A stretch of DNA of 64,000 nucleotides from an uncultured bacterium (GCA_903839725.1 CAIMDG010000002.1:1078-65077), one strand, 5' to 3'; shown: positions 29,482-40,137, numbered from the stretch's first letter. Made by a program: numbers and translations. The notes: a model not told the origin generated them from the letters alone.

Positions 29482-30171
29482 ATGAAAGTACTCATCGTAG
29501 AAGACGACGTTGCAACAGCAGAAATGGTACGCAATGGTTTGGCGTCGTATCTATATACGACTGACGTCTCATTCGACGGTGCTGATGGTTCATTCATGGC
29601 TCGTAGCTATGAATACGACGCTATTGTACTCGATCATTCCCTACCAAAGAAAAGTGGTCTCACTGTATGCAAAGATATTCGTGCGGCCGGCAAAACTACA
29701 CCGATTATTTTCTTATCAGGACTTGATGCAGTAGAAACAAAGATAGAAGCACTCGAACATGGTGCTGATGATTATATGACAAAACCGTTTTCTCTCGACG
29801 AACTTGATGCACGTCTCAAGGCTCTTGCGCGTCGTCCTATTCAAATCCAAGAACGTATTCTGCAAGTACATGACCTTACACTCGATACACAGACACATGT
29901 AGTCACACGTGGAGGAAAAACGATTCATATGACCAAAAAAGAATTTGGTTTACTTGAATATATTATGAAGCACAAAGGCATCGTACTCTCACGAACATCA
30001 ATTATTGAGCATGTATGGGCTGCCGAAAATGACCCATTCTCAAATACAGTTGAAGCTCATCTACGCAACCTTCGTAAGAAAATAAATTTTGGTAATAAGC
30101 CAGACCTCATACGCAATCTCCCTGGTAGAGGTTATATTATAGACACTCCTGAACATCTTGCGCGTCTATAA
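29482..30171 (+). CDS. OmpR/PhoB-family response regulator
   Basis: VLIVEDD, VLDHSLP, GADDYMTKPF, winged helix NTVEAHLRNLRKKI..GRGY. Confidence 0.93.
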   Translation: MKVLIVEDDVATAEMVRNGLASYLYTTDVSFDGADGSFMARSYEYDAIVLDHSLPKKSGLTVCKDIRAAGKTTPIIFLSGLDAVETKIEALEHGADDYMTKPFSLDELDARLKALARRPIQIQERILQVHDLTLDTQTHVVTRGGKTIHMTKKEFGLLEYIMKHKGIVLSRTSIIEHVWAAENDPFSNTVEAHLRNLRKKINFGNKPDLIRNLPGRGYIIDTPEHLARL

Positions 30172-30465
30172 TACCCAATAATCACATGATAAAGGATATT
30201 TCTTCATCAAAATTTTATCCTTTCTTCATTACATCTTCATTTCACATTGTTACGATGCATGTGGTTACTTGTCGAAGTAACTTTTATAAACACAAAGTGG
30301 TAGGCCTGATATGCGTAGTATTTCGTATTCTACAGACCCGAACTGTGCGGATACATCTTCCCACTTATAACTGCGTGAATAGCCGAGAGCGTATATCGTT
30401 GGCAGACGCATGTACGCACCCAATCCACCGACCTTCATTTTCATCACAGTGGTCGGTGAGGCTAT

Positions 30466-31389
30466 TTGCTTTATATGACATTCAATTTTGAACTACTTAC
30501 TTATACAGGTATTACCTCATGTGTTGGGTTTATTTTTCTATTGTTCAATAAGCGTATCCATTCATCGTCAAAATTCACGCAACAATCTGATGATATGCTT
30601 ACACAAGAAATGAATCAACTTGAAAAACGTATATCTGAGCGTACTCAAGAATTACTTCATGTTGAAAAAGAGAGATACCAAGAATTGGAACGAGTTGCAC
30701 AATTCGGTGCACTTTCACAAGGATTATTTCATGATCTTATGAGTCCACTTACGTCCATATCACTCTATTTGGAACGCATCAAAACAACTCATGATACAAA
30801 TGAAGTTCAAGATATGTTACAAAAAACTGTACAGGCTTCACGTCGCATGAATTCATTCATGCACAACATACGGAAATCAATCGAGATACCGGAACATCAC
30901 GCAACTACATCCGCTAACGTATATGACGAACTTTCTGTTGTTCGAGATATGTTGATATACAAAGCACGAACAACAGGAACAACTATTCGTATTCCTGACC
31001 AATCTACAGATCACCCAATTCATATTAGTATTCATCCTGTCAGAATTCAACAACTTTTTATAAACCTTATTTCAAATGCAATCGACGCATGTGAACAAAT
31101 ACAGATAGAACATACAAAAGAAAACGAGCAATCTGTTACTGTTTCCCTTCTGGAACATACTGAAGGTATTACTATCAAGATAATAGATACCGGCTGCGGA
31201 ATATCTCCGGAGCATGTGGATCATATTTGGACACACTCTTTTACTACAAAACCAAAAGGAACAGGGATGGGACTTGCGACTGTGAAAACTATTGTGGAGC
31301 ATGAGCTTCATGGTTCAATCACTGTTCAAAGTCGTAAAAAACAAGGAACAACCTTCACTATTCATATTCCAACGAGCCAGCTGGCATGA
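30466..31389 (+). CDS. Sensor histidine kinase (single TM, HisKA + HATPase)
   Basis: GLFHDLMSPL, NLISNAIDA, DTGCGI, FTTKPKGTGMGL. Confidence 0.88.
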   Translation: MLYMTFNFELLTYTGITSCVGFIFLLFNKRIHSSSKFTQQSDDMLTQEMNQLEKRISERTQELLHVEKERYQELERVAQFGALSQGLFHDLMSPLTSISLYLERIKTTHDTNEVQDMLQKTVQASRRMNSFMHNIRKSIEIPEHHATTSANVYDELSVVRDMLIYKARTTGTTIRIPDQSTDHPIHISIHPVRIQQLFINLISNAIDACEQIQIEHTKENEQSVTVSLLEHTEGITIKIIDTGCGISPEHVDHIWTHSFTTKPKGTGMGLATVKTIVEHELHGSITVQSRKKQGTTFTIHIPTSQLA

Positions 31390-31435
31390 ATAAAATACTG
31401 TGCTAGCATTGATACATACAAGCTAATATACACAT

Positions 31436-31840
31436 ATGTCAATCAATATATGGTCAATTCTCGTAGCGGCTGTTGTTAGTTTTATTATCGGAGCAGTTTG
31501 GTATTCACCAGCTCTCTTCGGAAAGCAGTGGATGACCCTCACCAATACAGGGATTATTACCCCTGAACAAAAGAAAGGAATGTGGAAACTATACGTAACA
31601 CAGTTTCTACTTTCAGTTGTAACCATGTGCATTCTTGGTTTTGGTATTGCTGCAATGCAAATTTCTAGTGCAATTGATGGCGCAACACTTGGACTGCTCG
31701 CATGGATTGGTTTCTACGCCACAACTGGTGCCGGAAATCTTCTCTGGGAACGCAAGCCTCTCAAACTTGTCCTTATCGCTACAGGATCAATACTTCTCAT
31801 CCTAATTGTCGGTGGAGCAATCATTGGTGGTTGGAGATAA
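31436..31840 (+). CDS. DUF1761-like membrane protein
   Basis: INIWSILVAAVVSFIIGAVWYSPALFGKQWM. Confidence 0.75.
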   Translation: MSINIWSILVAAVVSFIIGAVWYSPALFGKQWMTLTNTGIITPEQKKGMWKLYVTQFLLSVVTMCILGFGIAAMQISSAIDGATLGLLAWIGFYATTGAGNLLWERKPLKLVLIATGSILLILIVGGAIIGGWR

Positions 31841-31862
31841 TTCTTCTACACATACAGTTAAC

Positions 31863-31892
31863 AAAAAAGAGACCTCAGTGGGTCTCTTTTTT
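31863..31892. terminator. Bidirectional terminator
   Basis: AAAAAAGAGACC-TCAGTG-GGTCTCTTTTTT between convergent genes. Confidence 0.8.
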
Positions 31893-31902
31893 ATTTGACA
31901 CA

Positions 31903-32901
31903 CTATCCTTGAATCGGAGGTGTATTTTTTCTGAACTTTCTAAATGCCTTTACAAAAACTTTGACAATAACCCATACAATTCCAACAAATATTGCTATCT
32001 TGATAAGAATTCCAGGTAATGCAAATACAAACCATACCAACCAATCAACTATTCCTGTAAGATCGCTTAATAGATTTTTGAATGATTGCTTCACAACAGT
32101 GAGAGGTCTCCATGTAATACCAAATACCTGAACTTCAGCTTCTGATGTAAGTGAAATACTGATAGTCGACATTGAAACTTGGCGAGTAAGATAATTCATC
32201 TGCGCCTGCAACCTCTCTATTTCTTCACGAACTGAATCAAGATACTGGTGAACCTGGATGATTTCGTCTACTTTGACAGCCATATTCAACAATACTACAT
32301 ATTGGGATTCGACTGATTTTTTATTCTTCAATCGAGCTTCGAGATCAACATATTGAGCTGAGACATCCTGACTTGAAACAACTTCTCTATTTACTTTGGT
32401 ACCAAGTGCTTTTATTGCTTCAAATACAGTATCGAATTGTTCATTGGGGACGCGAATGGTGATTGAGCCAGCTTTTGTATCACTACTTACATTATAAATA
32501 TTTGTACCTTCAACAATTCCGCTATATTTTAATGCTATAGCTTGGACATTATTTGCAGTATCTTCAACCTTTGTTACAAGCATATCGATTGAACCTGATC
32601 TTACGATCTTTCTATCAGCAGCAGGAATACTTGCACTAGAGCCACTCTTTGAACTTACAGGTGAATATGAATTATTCACCGCCATCATAGGAGCAGCAGT
32701 TGGAGCATATGACTCACTTGAATAATCGGCCATTGTATTTGAATAGCCTGATCGATATGAGCCTGAGGTATTACTCATCATGAACAAAACTGCCATGATG
32801 ATAGCAACAATAACGAGGACAATGAGAATAATGAGAGGAAGAATAAACAACACTTTCTTTCCTGACATATCCGCGAGCAATTGACGTAGTCTATTAGGCA
32901 T
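31903..32901 (-). CDS. DUF4349-like membrane protein
   Basis: RKIVRSG..ITIRVP..DVSAQYVDLEARL..STISISL and a C-terminal TM helix. Confidence 0.8.
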   Translation of the reverse strand: MPNRLRQLLADMSGKKVLFILPLIILIVLVIVAIIMAVLFMMSNTSGSYRSGYSNTMADYSSESYAPTAAPMMAVNNSYSPVSSKSGSSASIPAADRKIVRSGSIDMLVTKVEDTANNVQAIALKYSGIVEGTNIYNVSSDTKAGSITIRVPNEQFDTVFEAIKALGTKVNREVVSSQDVSAQYVDLEARLKNKKSVESQYVVLLNMAVKVDEIIQVHQYLDSVREEIERLQAQMNYLTRQVSMSTISISLTSEAEVQVFGITWRPLTVVKQSFKNLLSDLTGIVDWLVWFVFALPGILIKIAIFVGIVWVIVKVFVKAFRKFRKNTPPIQG

Positions 32902-32986
32902 AATATTTGTATTTATAAATATGCATAATTATACTACGCATTCCTCCTCTACGAGGAATACTTATGCACAGATACATATACAAATA

Positions 32987-33436
32987 CTACAAGGCGCTTT
33001 TTATATTATCTCGAACTTTCAATAATTCCTGTTCACTCGTAGGTTCACGATCTCCTGTCCGATACAACATACTTCGAGGATCGTAGCCGAGAAGTCCCGT
33101 ATCACCTTCTTTACGAGGAATAATATGCAAATGAAAATGGGGTACTGATTGTCCTGCAAGTTTTTCCTGATTCCAAGCACAATTGAAACCTTCCACGCCA
33201 TATATTTTTTTCAGAGCATTCATCACCTGATCTGCAAGATCAAGAACTGCCAACCTCTCCTCTGTTGTCAGATCTGAAAGCGTCTTTGCACAACGAATCG
33301 GAGAAATAAGTGTATGTCCTGGAGTAATAGGAATATTCGTCGGAAATGCCCATGCCAAATCATTGTGAGCAATTTCACGATTTTTTATTTCAGGGAGAGT
33401 GCAGTACGCACAGGGTTTTAGAGTTTGTGATGTCAT
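32987..33436 (-). CDS. HIT-family hydrolase
   Basis: CAYC..PGHTLI..AGQSVPHFHLHIIPR. Confidence 0.92.
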   Translation of the reverse strand: MTSQTLKPCAYCTLPEIKNREIAHNDLAWAFPTNIPITPGHTLISPIRCAKTLSDLTTEERLAVLDLADQVMNALKKIYGVEGFNCAWNQEKLAGQSVPHFHLHIIPRKEGDTGLLGYDPRSMLYRTGDREPTSEQELLKVRDNIKSAL

Positions 33437-33469
33437 TGTGGTATGTAGGATACGTGAACAAAGAATTAT

Positions 33470-34261
33470 TTACAAATGTGAGAAGAGTGGATGTGCATCT
33501 TCATCGTCAATACGAATACTGCCCTCAAGATAACCTCTCATCTTTTCAATAATACCGCGTATAACTGATTCTTCTTTTTCTGATATATAGTCTGGTAACG
33601 GAGCGTCGAGAATTTGTTGAATAACATCTCGAGCTTCAGTAAACTCTGTACCATATTTCTTTTCAGCTGATGACATATGACGAAAAAGCCATACGACAAC
33701 ATTATATAAAGCAAATTTTTCACTTCTAATATACAAATCTGTATCGACTAAATATATCTTTGGTATTTCATCACCTTTTCTTTTTCCATATACATATTGA
33801 GTCGTATTATTTAGATCCGCTAAATATGGTTCATCTTTTTTTGAAAGCTTGCTTAAATAATACCGAGCGATCTTTGCGTACAATTTTTCTACTTGTTCAG
33901 TTATTTCTGGAGTTGGTTCAATCTTATTCAAATCTGCGCCCTCAATTTTATCTGTAATGCCATAAATAACATCTTTATTACGACCATGTTTTCCAATAAC
34001 AAATTCAACTGGTACAACAACCCCGTAATCACGTTCAAATTCTGCATATAATTTTTGTCCCAATTCAGCCACAGCAATCGGATCAATTGCTCCTTTATAC
34101 CTCTTCTCGAGATCTTTAAAACTTTCCATTCTGACAATTTTGTCAGGATTATTCCTAATCTCAAATAATTTATCTCTACCTTCATGCGCCGAAGATATGT
34201 TGCTCTCAACCAAATGATCACTGAATGATATTTCTCGAGGTTGTGATTCAAAATCTTTCAT
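33470..34261 (-). CDS. Hypothetical protein, possible kinase-like fold
   Basis: LADLNN..IYLVDTD resemble catalytic-loop and Mg-binding motifs; start set at MKDFE. Confidence 0.45.
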   Translation of the reverse strand: MKDFESQPREISFSDHLVESNISSAHEGRDKLFEIRNNPDKIVRMESFKDLEKRYKGAIDPIAVAELGQKLYAEFERDYGVVVPVEFVIGKHGRNKDVIYGITDKIEGADLNKIEPTPEITEQVEKLYAKIARYYLSKLSKKDEPYLADLNNTTQYVYGKRKGDEIPKIYLVDTDLYIRSEKFALYNVVVWLFRHMSSAEKKYGTEFTEARDVIQQILDAPLPDYISEKEESVIRGIIEKMRGYLEGSIRIDDEDAHPLFSHL

Positions 34262-34262
34262 A

Positions 34263-34985
34263 CTATTTATTTCCAAGAAATACTTGTTCCAACACTTTTT
34301 TTTCAATCAATTCTTTTGGATTACCCTCTGCATATATTTTTCCTTTATCCAATACATATGCTCTTGTAGTTATTTCGAGAAGTGACTTCAAATTGTGTTC
34401 GACGATGAATATGGCCGTCTTTCTGCGTTCATTAATTTCTCTGATTTTCTGGAAAACTTCCTTAACAATCTTTGGTGATAATCCAAGTGATGGTTCATCA
34501 AGCAGAAGTACCTTGGGATCCGTCATGAGTCCTCGGGCGATAGCGAGCATCTGTTGTTGTCCACCAGAGAGAGTACCTGACTTTGCTTTGAGTTTTCCTC
34601 GAAGTGCCGGGAACAATTCAAGTACATTTTCGATTCGCTCCTTACGTTCATTACTACTTTTAACATTAAATCCTCCGATCTCAAGATTTTCAAGGACAGT
34701 AAGGTGGTGAAAAACTCGGCGACCCTGCGGTACGAATGATACACCTCGTTCAACTACCTCATGCGATATAGGTTTGAACTGTTGACCTTCCCAAAAAATA
34801 TGTCCAGAACCAATAGGAGCTAAACCAAATATAGCTTTGAGAATAGTAGATTTTCCAGCACCATTTGGACCCATAAGTGCAACAATTTCTCCTTCATCGA
34901 TGAATACCGATGCTCCATCGAGTGCTTTAACGCCACCGTAATGGACGTGAATATTTTTGAGTTCGAGGAGATTTTTTTGTTTCAT
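34263..34985 (-). CDS. livF: Branched-chain amino acid ABC ATPase (LivF-like)
   Basis: GPNGAGKST, VPQGRRVF..LTVLENL, LSGGQQQMLAIAR, LLDEPSLGL. Confidence 0.9.
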   Translation of the reverse strand: MKQKNLLELKNIHVHYGGVKALDGASVFIDEGEIVALMGPNGAGKSTILKAIFGLAPIGSGHIFWEGQQFKPISHEVVERGVSFVPQGRRVFHHLTVLENLEIGGFNVKSSNERKERIENVLELFPALRGKLKAKSGTLSGGQQQMLAIARGLMTDPKVLLLDEPSLGLSPKIVKEVFQKIREINERRKTAIFIVEHNLKSLLEITTRAYVLDKGKIYAEGNPKELIEKKVLEQVFLGNK

Positions 34986-35065
34986 GGACTGAATTACGAT
35001 ACTACTTTATCTAGTAGGCATATTCTACCATGTATACCTGAAATGAGAATATTGTGAACTGAAAC

Positions 35066-36136
35066 CTATTTTTCGAACATTTTGAGATATTGATCTGCCA
35101 TTACTTCACCATTTTTGGTAAATGAATAACTAGACATACCACCAGTTACTCCGCCGAGAAAATATGTCTTGAGTCCAGAAGCAATATTGTTTGTCGAGTG
35201 ACTTTTTGCATATACATCAATGAGTTTGAAAATATCATACGTTACGGAATCATAAAATGGCGACGCAGATTCTATTCCGTACTGTGTTTTGTATACCACC
35301 AAGAAATCTTTGTAAGCTTGAGTTTCTGTAGTAAATCCAGCATCAAAGCAAACTGACTTTAAACCAAATTCTTTTGGTGTAGGTGTATATTCACAGGCAT
35401 TCACATCGCCTATCAGAAGTGGCCTATAATTCAGGACGTCCAATTCCTTGTAAACCAATCCTACTGCTTTGCCACTCGTTGGAACATAAAACAAATTATT
35501 GATGCCTTGCGACTTTAATTTCATGAGTTGTGTGCGGAATGTATTGTCAGTTGCTGAATATGTTTCCTGGCTAATAATTTTTGCACCTAGTTTGTCTTGC
35601 AATGTCATCGCCACGGACTTTGAATAATCTTGCGCTTCATACAAAAGACCAATTTTTGAATCCACTGGTAATTTCAAGGCATAATTTGCCATTGCTCCAG
35701 CGATCGAGAGTGCGTCTGGTATAAATCGGATAACTTCGTCGCCTGTCTTGCGTATTTCAGATGAACCCGCGTATGCGGTGAGAATAAGATTACCACCAGT
35801 TTTTGCAAGTGGTGCCAGGGCCAGAACACTTCCACTGCAACTTACATAGAATACATGAACGTCTTGTTGTGTGAGTTTCAAATATAATGATACAGCTTTC
35901 TTGGTATCACATTGATCATCTTCGAAAATGAGTTGGAATGAAGTCGAACTTGCGAGCTTGATAGAGTTCGCAACTTCCTCGCCAATAAGTCCTGCCGGAC
36001 CACTGAGTGGACCAATTATGCCGATCTTTATTGGCTGATCAATAGAATGGTTTTGCTTTTTAGTAGTGATTACCCAAATAAGAGCCATTATAATAAGAAT
36101 GGAAATTATAATTAGACTAGTGCGAGATGGTTTCAT
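35066..36136 (-). CDS. LivJ/K-type ABC substrate-binding protein 1 (Cys-pair type)
   Basis: N-terminal TM; KIGIIGPLSG; EDDQC..SCS; FRTQLMKLK; YD motif. Confidence 0.85.
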   Translation of the reverse strand: MKPSRTSLIIISILIIMALIWVITTKKQNHSIDQPIKIGIIGPLSGPAGLIGEEVANSIKLASSTSFQLIFEDDQCDTKKAVSLYLKLTQQDVHVFYVSCSGSVLALAPLAKTGGNLILTAYAGSSEIRKTGDEVIRFIPDALSIAGAMANYALKLPVDSKIGLLYEAQDYSKSVAMTLQDKLGAKIISQETYSATDNTFRTQLMKLKSQGINNLFYVPTSGKAVGLVYKELDVLNYRPLLIGDVNACEYTPTPKEFGLKSVCFDAGFTTETQAYKDFLVVYKTQYGIESASPFYDSVTYDIFKLIDVYAKSHSTNNIASGLKTYFLGGVTGGMSSYSFTKNGEVMADQYLKMFEK

Positions 36137-36149
36137 ATATCAAAAATAA

Positions 36150-36902
36150 TTATTCCCCCAAATAAGCTTCAATAACATCCTTCCTCGCCAACACCACACT
36201 TGGTGCACCTTCTGCCAAAAGTTCACCAGAATCTAGAACGTAAATATGATCCGACAATTCACGGATAAGTTCCATATTGTGTTCCACTAGAATGACAGCT
36301 TTACCTTGATCGCGAAGTTCCCTCATGACAGTTACAACCGTTTTGACCATTTCTGGAAAGAGTCCGGCAAATGGTTCATCGAAGAAAATAACATTAATAT
36401 CTCCAACTCCCGAATGAATGATAGCAAGAATACGCGCAATCTCGAGAAGTTTACGTTGTCCATATGAAAGATTTTTAGCGAGTTCACCTCTCTTTTCCCA
36501 GAGACCAACTTTCTTCAACACTTCTTCGGCTTTTTCGAGGTGAAGTTTGCTGTGCTTTTCGAACAATGATTTCCAAATACTTCTTTCGGTGAGTACGACA
36601 AGAATATTGTCGAGGACGAGCATCTGCTCGAATAATCTCACATCTTGGAATGTTCTCGTAATACCAAAGAGTGGTACCTCGTGGGCATTCATTCTCTTGA
36701 GTGTTTCAACACCAGCAATGATTATTTCCCCACCATCCGCAGGAATCATACCTGTCAAAGTGTTGATGAGTGTAGACTTACCCGAACCATTTGGACCGAT
36801 GATGCCCGTAATTTTTCCTGCCTCAAATGAAATCGAAAGTTTGTTAACAGCATGAACGCCGTCGAAGTTTTTGCTTAGTTTGTTGGTGGAGAGGATGGGC
36901 AT
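36150..36902 (-). CDS. livG: Branched-chain amino acid ABC ATPase (LivG-like)
   Basis: GPNGSGKST, GITRTFQ, LSYGQRKLLEIAR, DEPFAG, VIEAYLG; start set at MPILS. Confidence 0.88.
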   Translation of the reverse strand: MPILSTNKLSKNFDGVHAVNKLSISFEAGKITGIIGPNGSGKSTLINTLTGMIPADGGEIIIAGVETLKRMNAHEVPLFGITRTFQDVRLFEQMLVLDNILVVLTERSIWKSLFEKHSKLHLEKAEEVLKKVGLWEKRGELAKNLSYGQRKLLEIARILAIIHSGVGDINVIFFDEPFAGLFPEMVKTVVTVMRELRDQGKAVILVEHNMELIRELSDHIYVLDSGELLAEGAPSVVLARKDVIEAYLGE

Positions 36903-36916
36903 GTTACACAAATTAC

Positions 36917-38077
36917 CTATTTCAATTCCTGCCACATTTCTTGACCTTTACTGTCAAAATAATGAAGACCAATAGGAACAACAGGATTAACATTCGAGCC
37001 GAGCGTCAATGATCCTGCAGCCCCATTCCAATCCTTAATGGCAGCTAGGTAGTTTTTTATACATACTGTATCTGTTGAACTCTTACATGATTCCATTGCT
37101 TCTTTTACGAGATATACTGCATCATACGAAGTTGCCAAATACGCAATATTTGTTGGAGGTAATTGTTTGTATGCAGTTTTATATGCTTCTATGAATGCAG
37201 CTGTTTTTGAGTTGGCTGAACTTACGAAAGCGTCAGTCGTGAATATGCGAGGATTATTAAGCAATCCACCAGATTGATCATTGATAGCTGCGGACAATGA
37301 TTGTGCACCAGCAATTATTGGATACGTACTGAGCAGACCGAGCTCTTTCATTTGCTTGTAGAATGTAACACTTGCACCCGCACCCTGAGATGCAAATAAT
37401 ATTGCATCTGGCTTTTGTTTATTGATCTTCAATATATATGATCGCAAATCATTTACATCAGAATTGAATGCATCATTCGAAATGACTTGTCCACCCAATT
37501 TCACGAATTCGGCCAAGAATGCTTTGTACACTCCAACTGGAAAATCTTTATTTTCATATAATGCAGCTACTTTTCTATATCCCTGTGAATATGCATACGC
37601 AGCTGACTTGGCAGTATAGAACTCACTCGAAGGAGAATTTCGGAAAATATAACTGCCTGAATTCGTGACTGCAGGTGAAGAAGTAATTGAGGCAATAATG
37701 ACTACTTTGGCTTTTTCTACGATTGGGGCGATAGCGAGAGTCTCGGTACTACAATGTCCACCAAGAATAACATTAACCTTATCTATATTGATCAACTTAT
37801 TTGCAACAGTTGCTGAAGTTGCCCCATCACACTTACCATCTTCAACTATGAGATTCAATTTCTTTCCGAGAATACCTCCGGCTTGATTAATTTCATTCTG
37901 AGCGATCAAAACTGACTGCATTGCTGGTTCTCCGTAACTTGCAGCAGAGCCAGTGAGTGGTGATATAAGACCGATACTAATTTGATTACCCTGATCTTTT
38001 TTGAAGACACCAGAAACCGCAATCACAATAATAATGATAACAATAATCCCCCAAGTTACTTTTTTATTCATGCTCAT
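36917..38077 (-). CDS. LivJ/K-type ABC substrate-binding protein 2 (Cys-pair type)
   Basis: IGLISPLTG, EINQAGGILGKK, EDGKC..GGHCS, YIFR, SYDAV. Confidence 0.9.
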   Translation of the reverse strand: MSMNKKVTWGIIVIIIIVIAVSGVFKKDQGNQISIGLISPLTGSAASYGEPAMQSVLIAQNEINQAGGILGKKLNLIVEDGKCDGATSATVANKLINIDKVNVILGGHCSTETLAIAPIVEKAKVVIIASITSSPAVTNSGSYIFRNSPSSEFYTAKSAAYAYSQGYRKVAALYENKDFPVGVYKAFLAEFVKLGGQVISNDAFNSDVNDLRSYILKINKQKPDAILFASQGAGASVTFYKQMKELGLLSTYPIIAGAQSLSAAINDQSGGLLNNPRIFTTDAFVSSANSKTAAFIEAYKTAYKQLPPTNIAYLATSYDAVYLVKEAMESCKSSTDTVCIKNYLAAIKDWNGAAGSLTLGSNVNPVVPIGLHYFDSKGQEMWQELK

Positions 38078-38130
38078 AAATTAGGTTGTAATACCTAAAA
38101 TATACCAAGAATACGATCTTTGAGCTATAG

Positions 38131-39246
38131 CTACCTCCACACCCCTAACACCCCATCTTTCATCACCTGAACCTGTACGTTGATATCTTCAACTGAATGA
38201 TTTGGTGCAAAACTGATCGTACCATTTGGAGTCGTGAACTTTGTTTTGGCGATATAACTAGCAACCTGTGAATTATCAGAACTATGTGCAATAGCTTGTG
38301 CCAAGACGTACGTAGCATCAAAGAATTTATCAACGGACTTTGTAGCCGTCATGTTATAAGCCTTCTGGTACATATCCGCGAATAATTTCGTGGTAACTTC
38401 CCAGTTCAAGATTACAACATTGTTGAGTGGACTCTTGTCAGTCTCATTGGCAAAAGCATCGAGCGCTCCGTTGTATGACATAACGATTGGGGTGAAACCA
38501 AGTTGCTTCGCTTGTTTGAGGAACGTGAGCGGATCATTTCCGACCATGTCGAGGAATACGCCATCCACACCTTTATTCTTTAATTTGATAATTGTAGTTT
38601 TCCAATCATTGTCACCAATCTGTGTATATGGGTTGTCGATAACATCTGCACGACCAAGATCCTTCATGACACCAGCGAGCGTCTTTTCGATTTCAACACC
38701 GAAGCTCGACTGATAATGAACAACAGCCAATTTCTTGATTGTGCTTGAGGCGATGAATGGTTTGATCTTCTGAATTGTCTTGTCGAAGTCTGTAAGCATC
38801 ACGAAACTCTGATCATTCAAGTCAAAGCCACCCGCAATACGGAAGTTCGAAGGAGAAACAAAGGCAATCTTGTCATTCAAGGCAATTGGCAGAATAGGTT
38901 GGGCGGTGAAGTCAAAGACGCCACCAATAACACCGTTTACATGATCGATAGTTACCAGTTTGTTAAAAGCTGAAACTGCCAACTTACCGTCAGTGTGATC
39001 ATCTTCGAAAATGACTTCAACTTTTCTACCGTTGATTCCACCTGCGTCATTGATATTCTTTACTGCCAAGTTAATACCATTCTTGCCATATTCACCCCAA
39101 GGTGCAGCGAAACCTGACAAAGATAATACAGCCCCAATCTTTATTGGATTATTACTTTGTGGCTTTTGACTAGGTCTTGAAACAGAAACACCGATAATCA
39201 CAATGATAATAATAGCGACGACGGTCCATATAATTTTTTTATTCAT
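38131..39246 (-). CDS. LivJ/K-type ABC substrate-binding protein 3
   Basis: KIGAVLSLSG, INDAGGINGRK, EDD; start set at MNKKI. Confidence 0.88.
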   Translation of the reverse strand: MNKKIIWTVVAIIIIVIIGVSVSRPSQKPQSNNPIKIGAVLSLSGFAAPWGEYGKNGINLAVKNINDAGGINGRKVEVIFEDDHTDGKLAVSAFNKLVTIDHVNGVIGGVFDFTAQPILPIALNDKIAFVSPSNFRIAGGFDLNDQSFVMLTDFDKTIQKIKPFIASSTIKKLAVVHYQSSFGVEIEKTLAGVMKDLGRADVIDNPYTQIGDNDWKTTIIKLKNKGVDGVFLDMVGNDPLTFLKQAKQLGFTPIVMSYNGALDAFANETDKSPLNNVVILNWEVTTKLFADMYQKAYNMTATKSVDKFFDATYVLAQAIAHSSDNSQVASYIAKTKFTTPNGTISFAPNHSVEDINVQVQVMKDGVLGVWR

Positions 39247-39342
39247 ATATTTTAGGTACATTAAAAGCCGCTTGTGGCGACTTGCACATAGTATATACTC
39301 GTGATATATTATGTCCATAATTCGGCGAAAAGCGAATACTAT

Positions 39343-40107
39343 ATGAATACAAGCTTTCTAGATATATTCAATTTAGGAGACACGTCCAAGGAGGTGCTTC
39401 TTGATATCATCGCCCATGGCGTTTCCTCTGTGGCTGTTATTGCCCGTCGCCTCGGTATGCCAAAGTCGACTGTATATGACGCCATTACCCCCCTTTTGGA
39501 CCAGAGTTTGGTGAATGAATACAGCAATAACCACGGTAAAACCTTTGGTATCTCCGACAATGAACAGCTCAAGCGTGCCCACGAAGAAAAGATCAATGAG
39601 CTCAAAAAGGCCCAGTCTTCCCTGCTCTCATTCATCGGTACACATAACCAAAAAGAAAGTTCAGTTTCTCCGAAGGTAAAATTCTATGCGGGTAATCTGG
39701 GTATCAAGCAGGCGTTCCGCGATATGATGTGGGAAAAGAACATCACCGAAACGTATCTTTTTTGGCCAGCCAAAGAGATGCTCGATATCGACGAAGACTT
39801 CTTCAAATGGCACGGTACTCAGCGTTTCAAATATGGTGTTTACATATATGCGATCGAGACATACAAGGACCGTATCATTCAACGCAATGCGAAACAGAAA
39901 TGGATGCACAATACCAAAGATAGTTTGTCTGAAGCTCGCTATCTACCAAAAGGTGTAAATTGCAAAATGAGTTTCTGGATTTATGGTGACAAATGTCTCT
40001 TTGCTTCTGGCGGTAAAGAAAAGATTGCGTTTGCAGTTCACAGCAAAGAATTCTCGTCCCTGATGAAACTCCTCTGGAAAAATATGTGGGAGAATGCGGA
40101 GAAATAA
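39343..40107 (+). CDS. TrmB-family transcriptional regulator 1
   Basis: HTH IARRLGMPKSTVYDAI..L; PKVKFYAG..GIK; C-terminal FWIYGDK..LWKNMW. Confidence 0.8.
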   Translation: MNTSFLDIFNLGDTSKEVLLDIIAHGVSSVAVIARRLGMPKSTVYDAITPLLDQSLVNEYSNNHGKTFGISDNEQLKRAHEEKINELKKAQSSLLSFIGTHNQKESSVSPKVKFYAGNLGIKQAFRDMMWEKNITETYLFWPAKEMLDIDEDFFKWHGTQRFKYGVYIYAIETYKDRIIQRNAKQKWMHNTKDSLSEARYLPKGVNCKMSFWIYGDKCLFASGGKEKIAFAVHSKEFSSLMKLLWKNMWENAEK

Positions 40108-40133
40108 AAAACACCGAATGATCGGTGTTTTTT
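40105..40133. terminator. Bidirectional terminator
   Basis: TAAAAAACACCGA-ATGA-TCGGTGTTTTTT between convergent genes. Confidence 0.8.
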
Positions 40134-40137
40134 ATTT

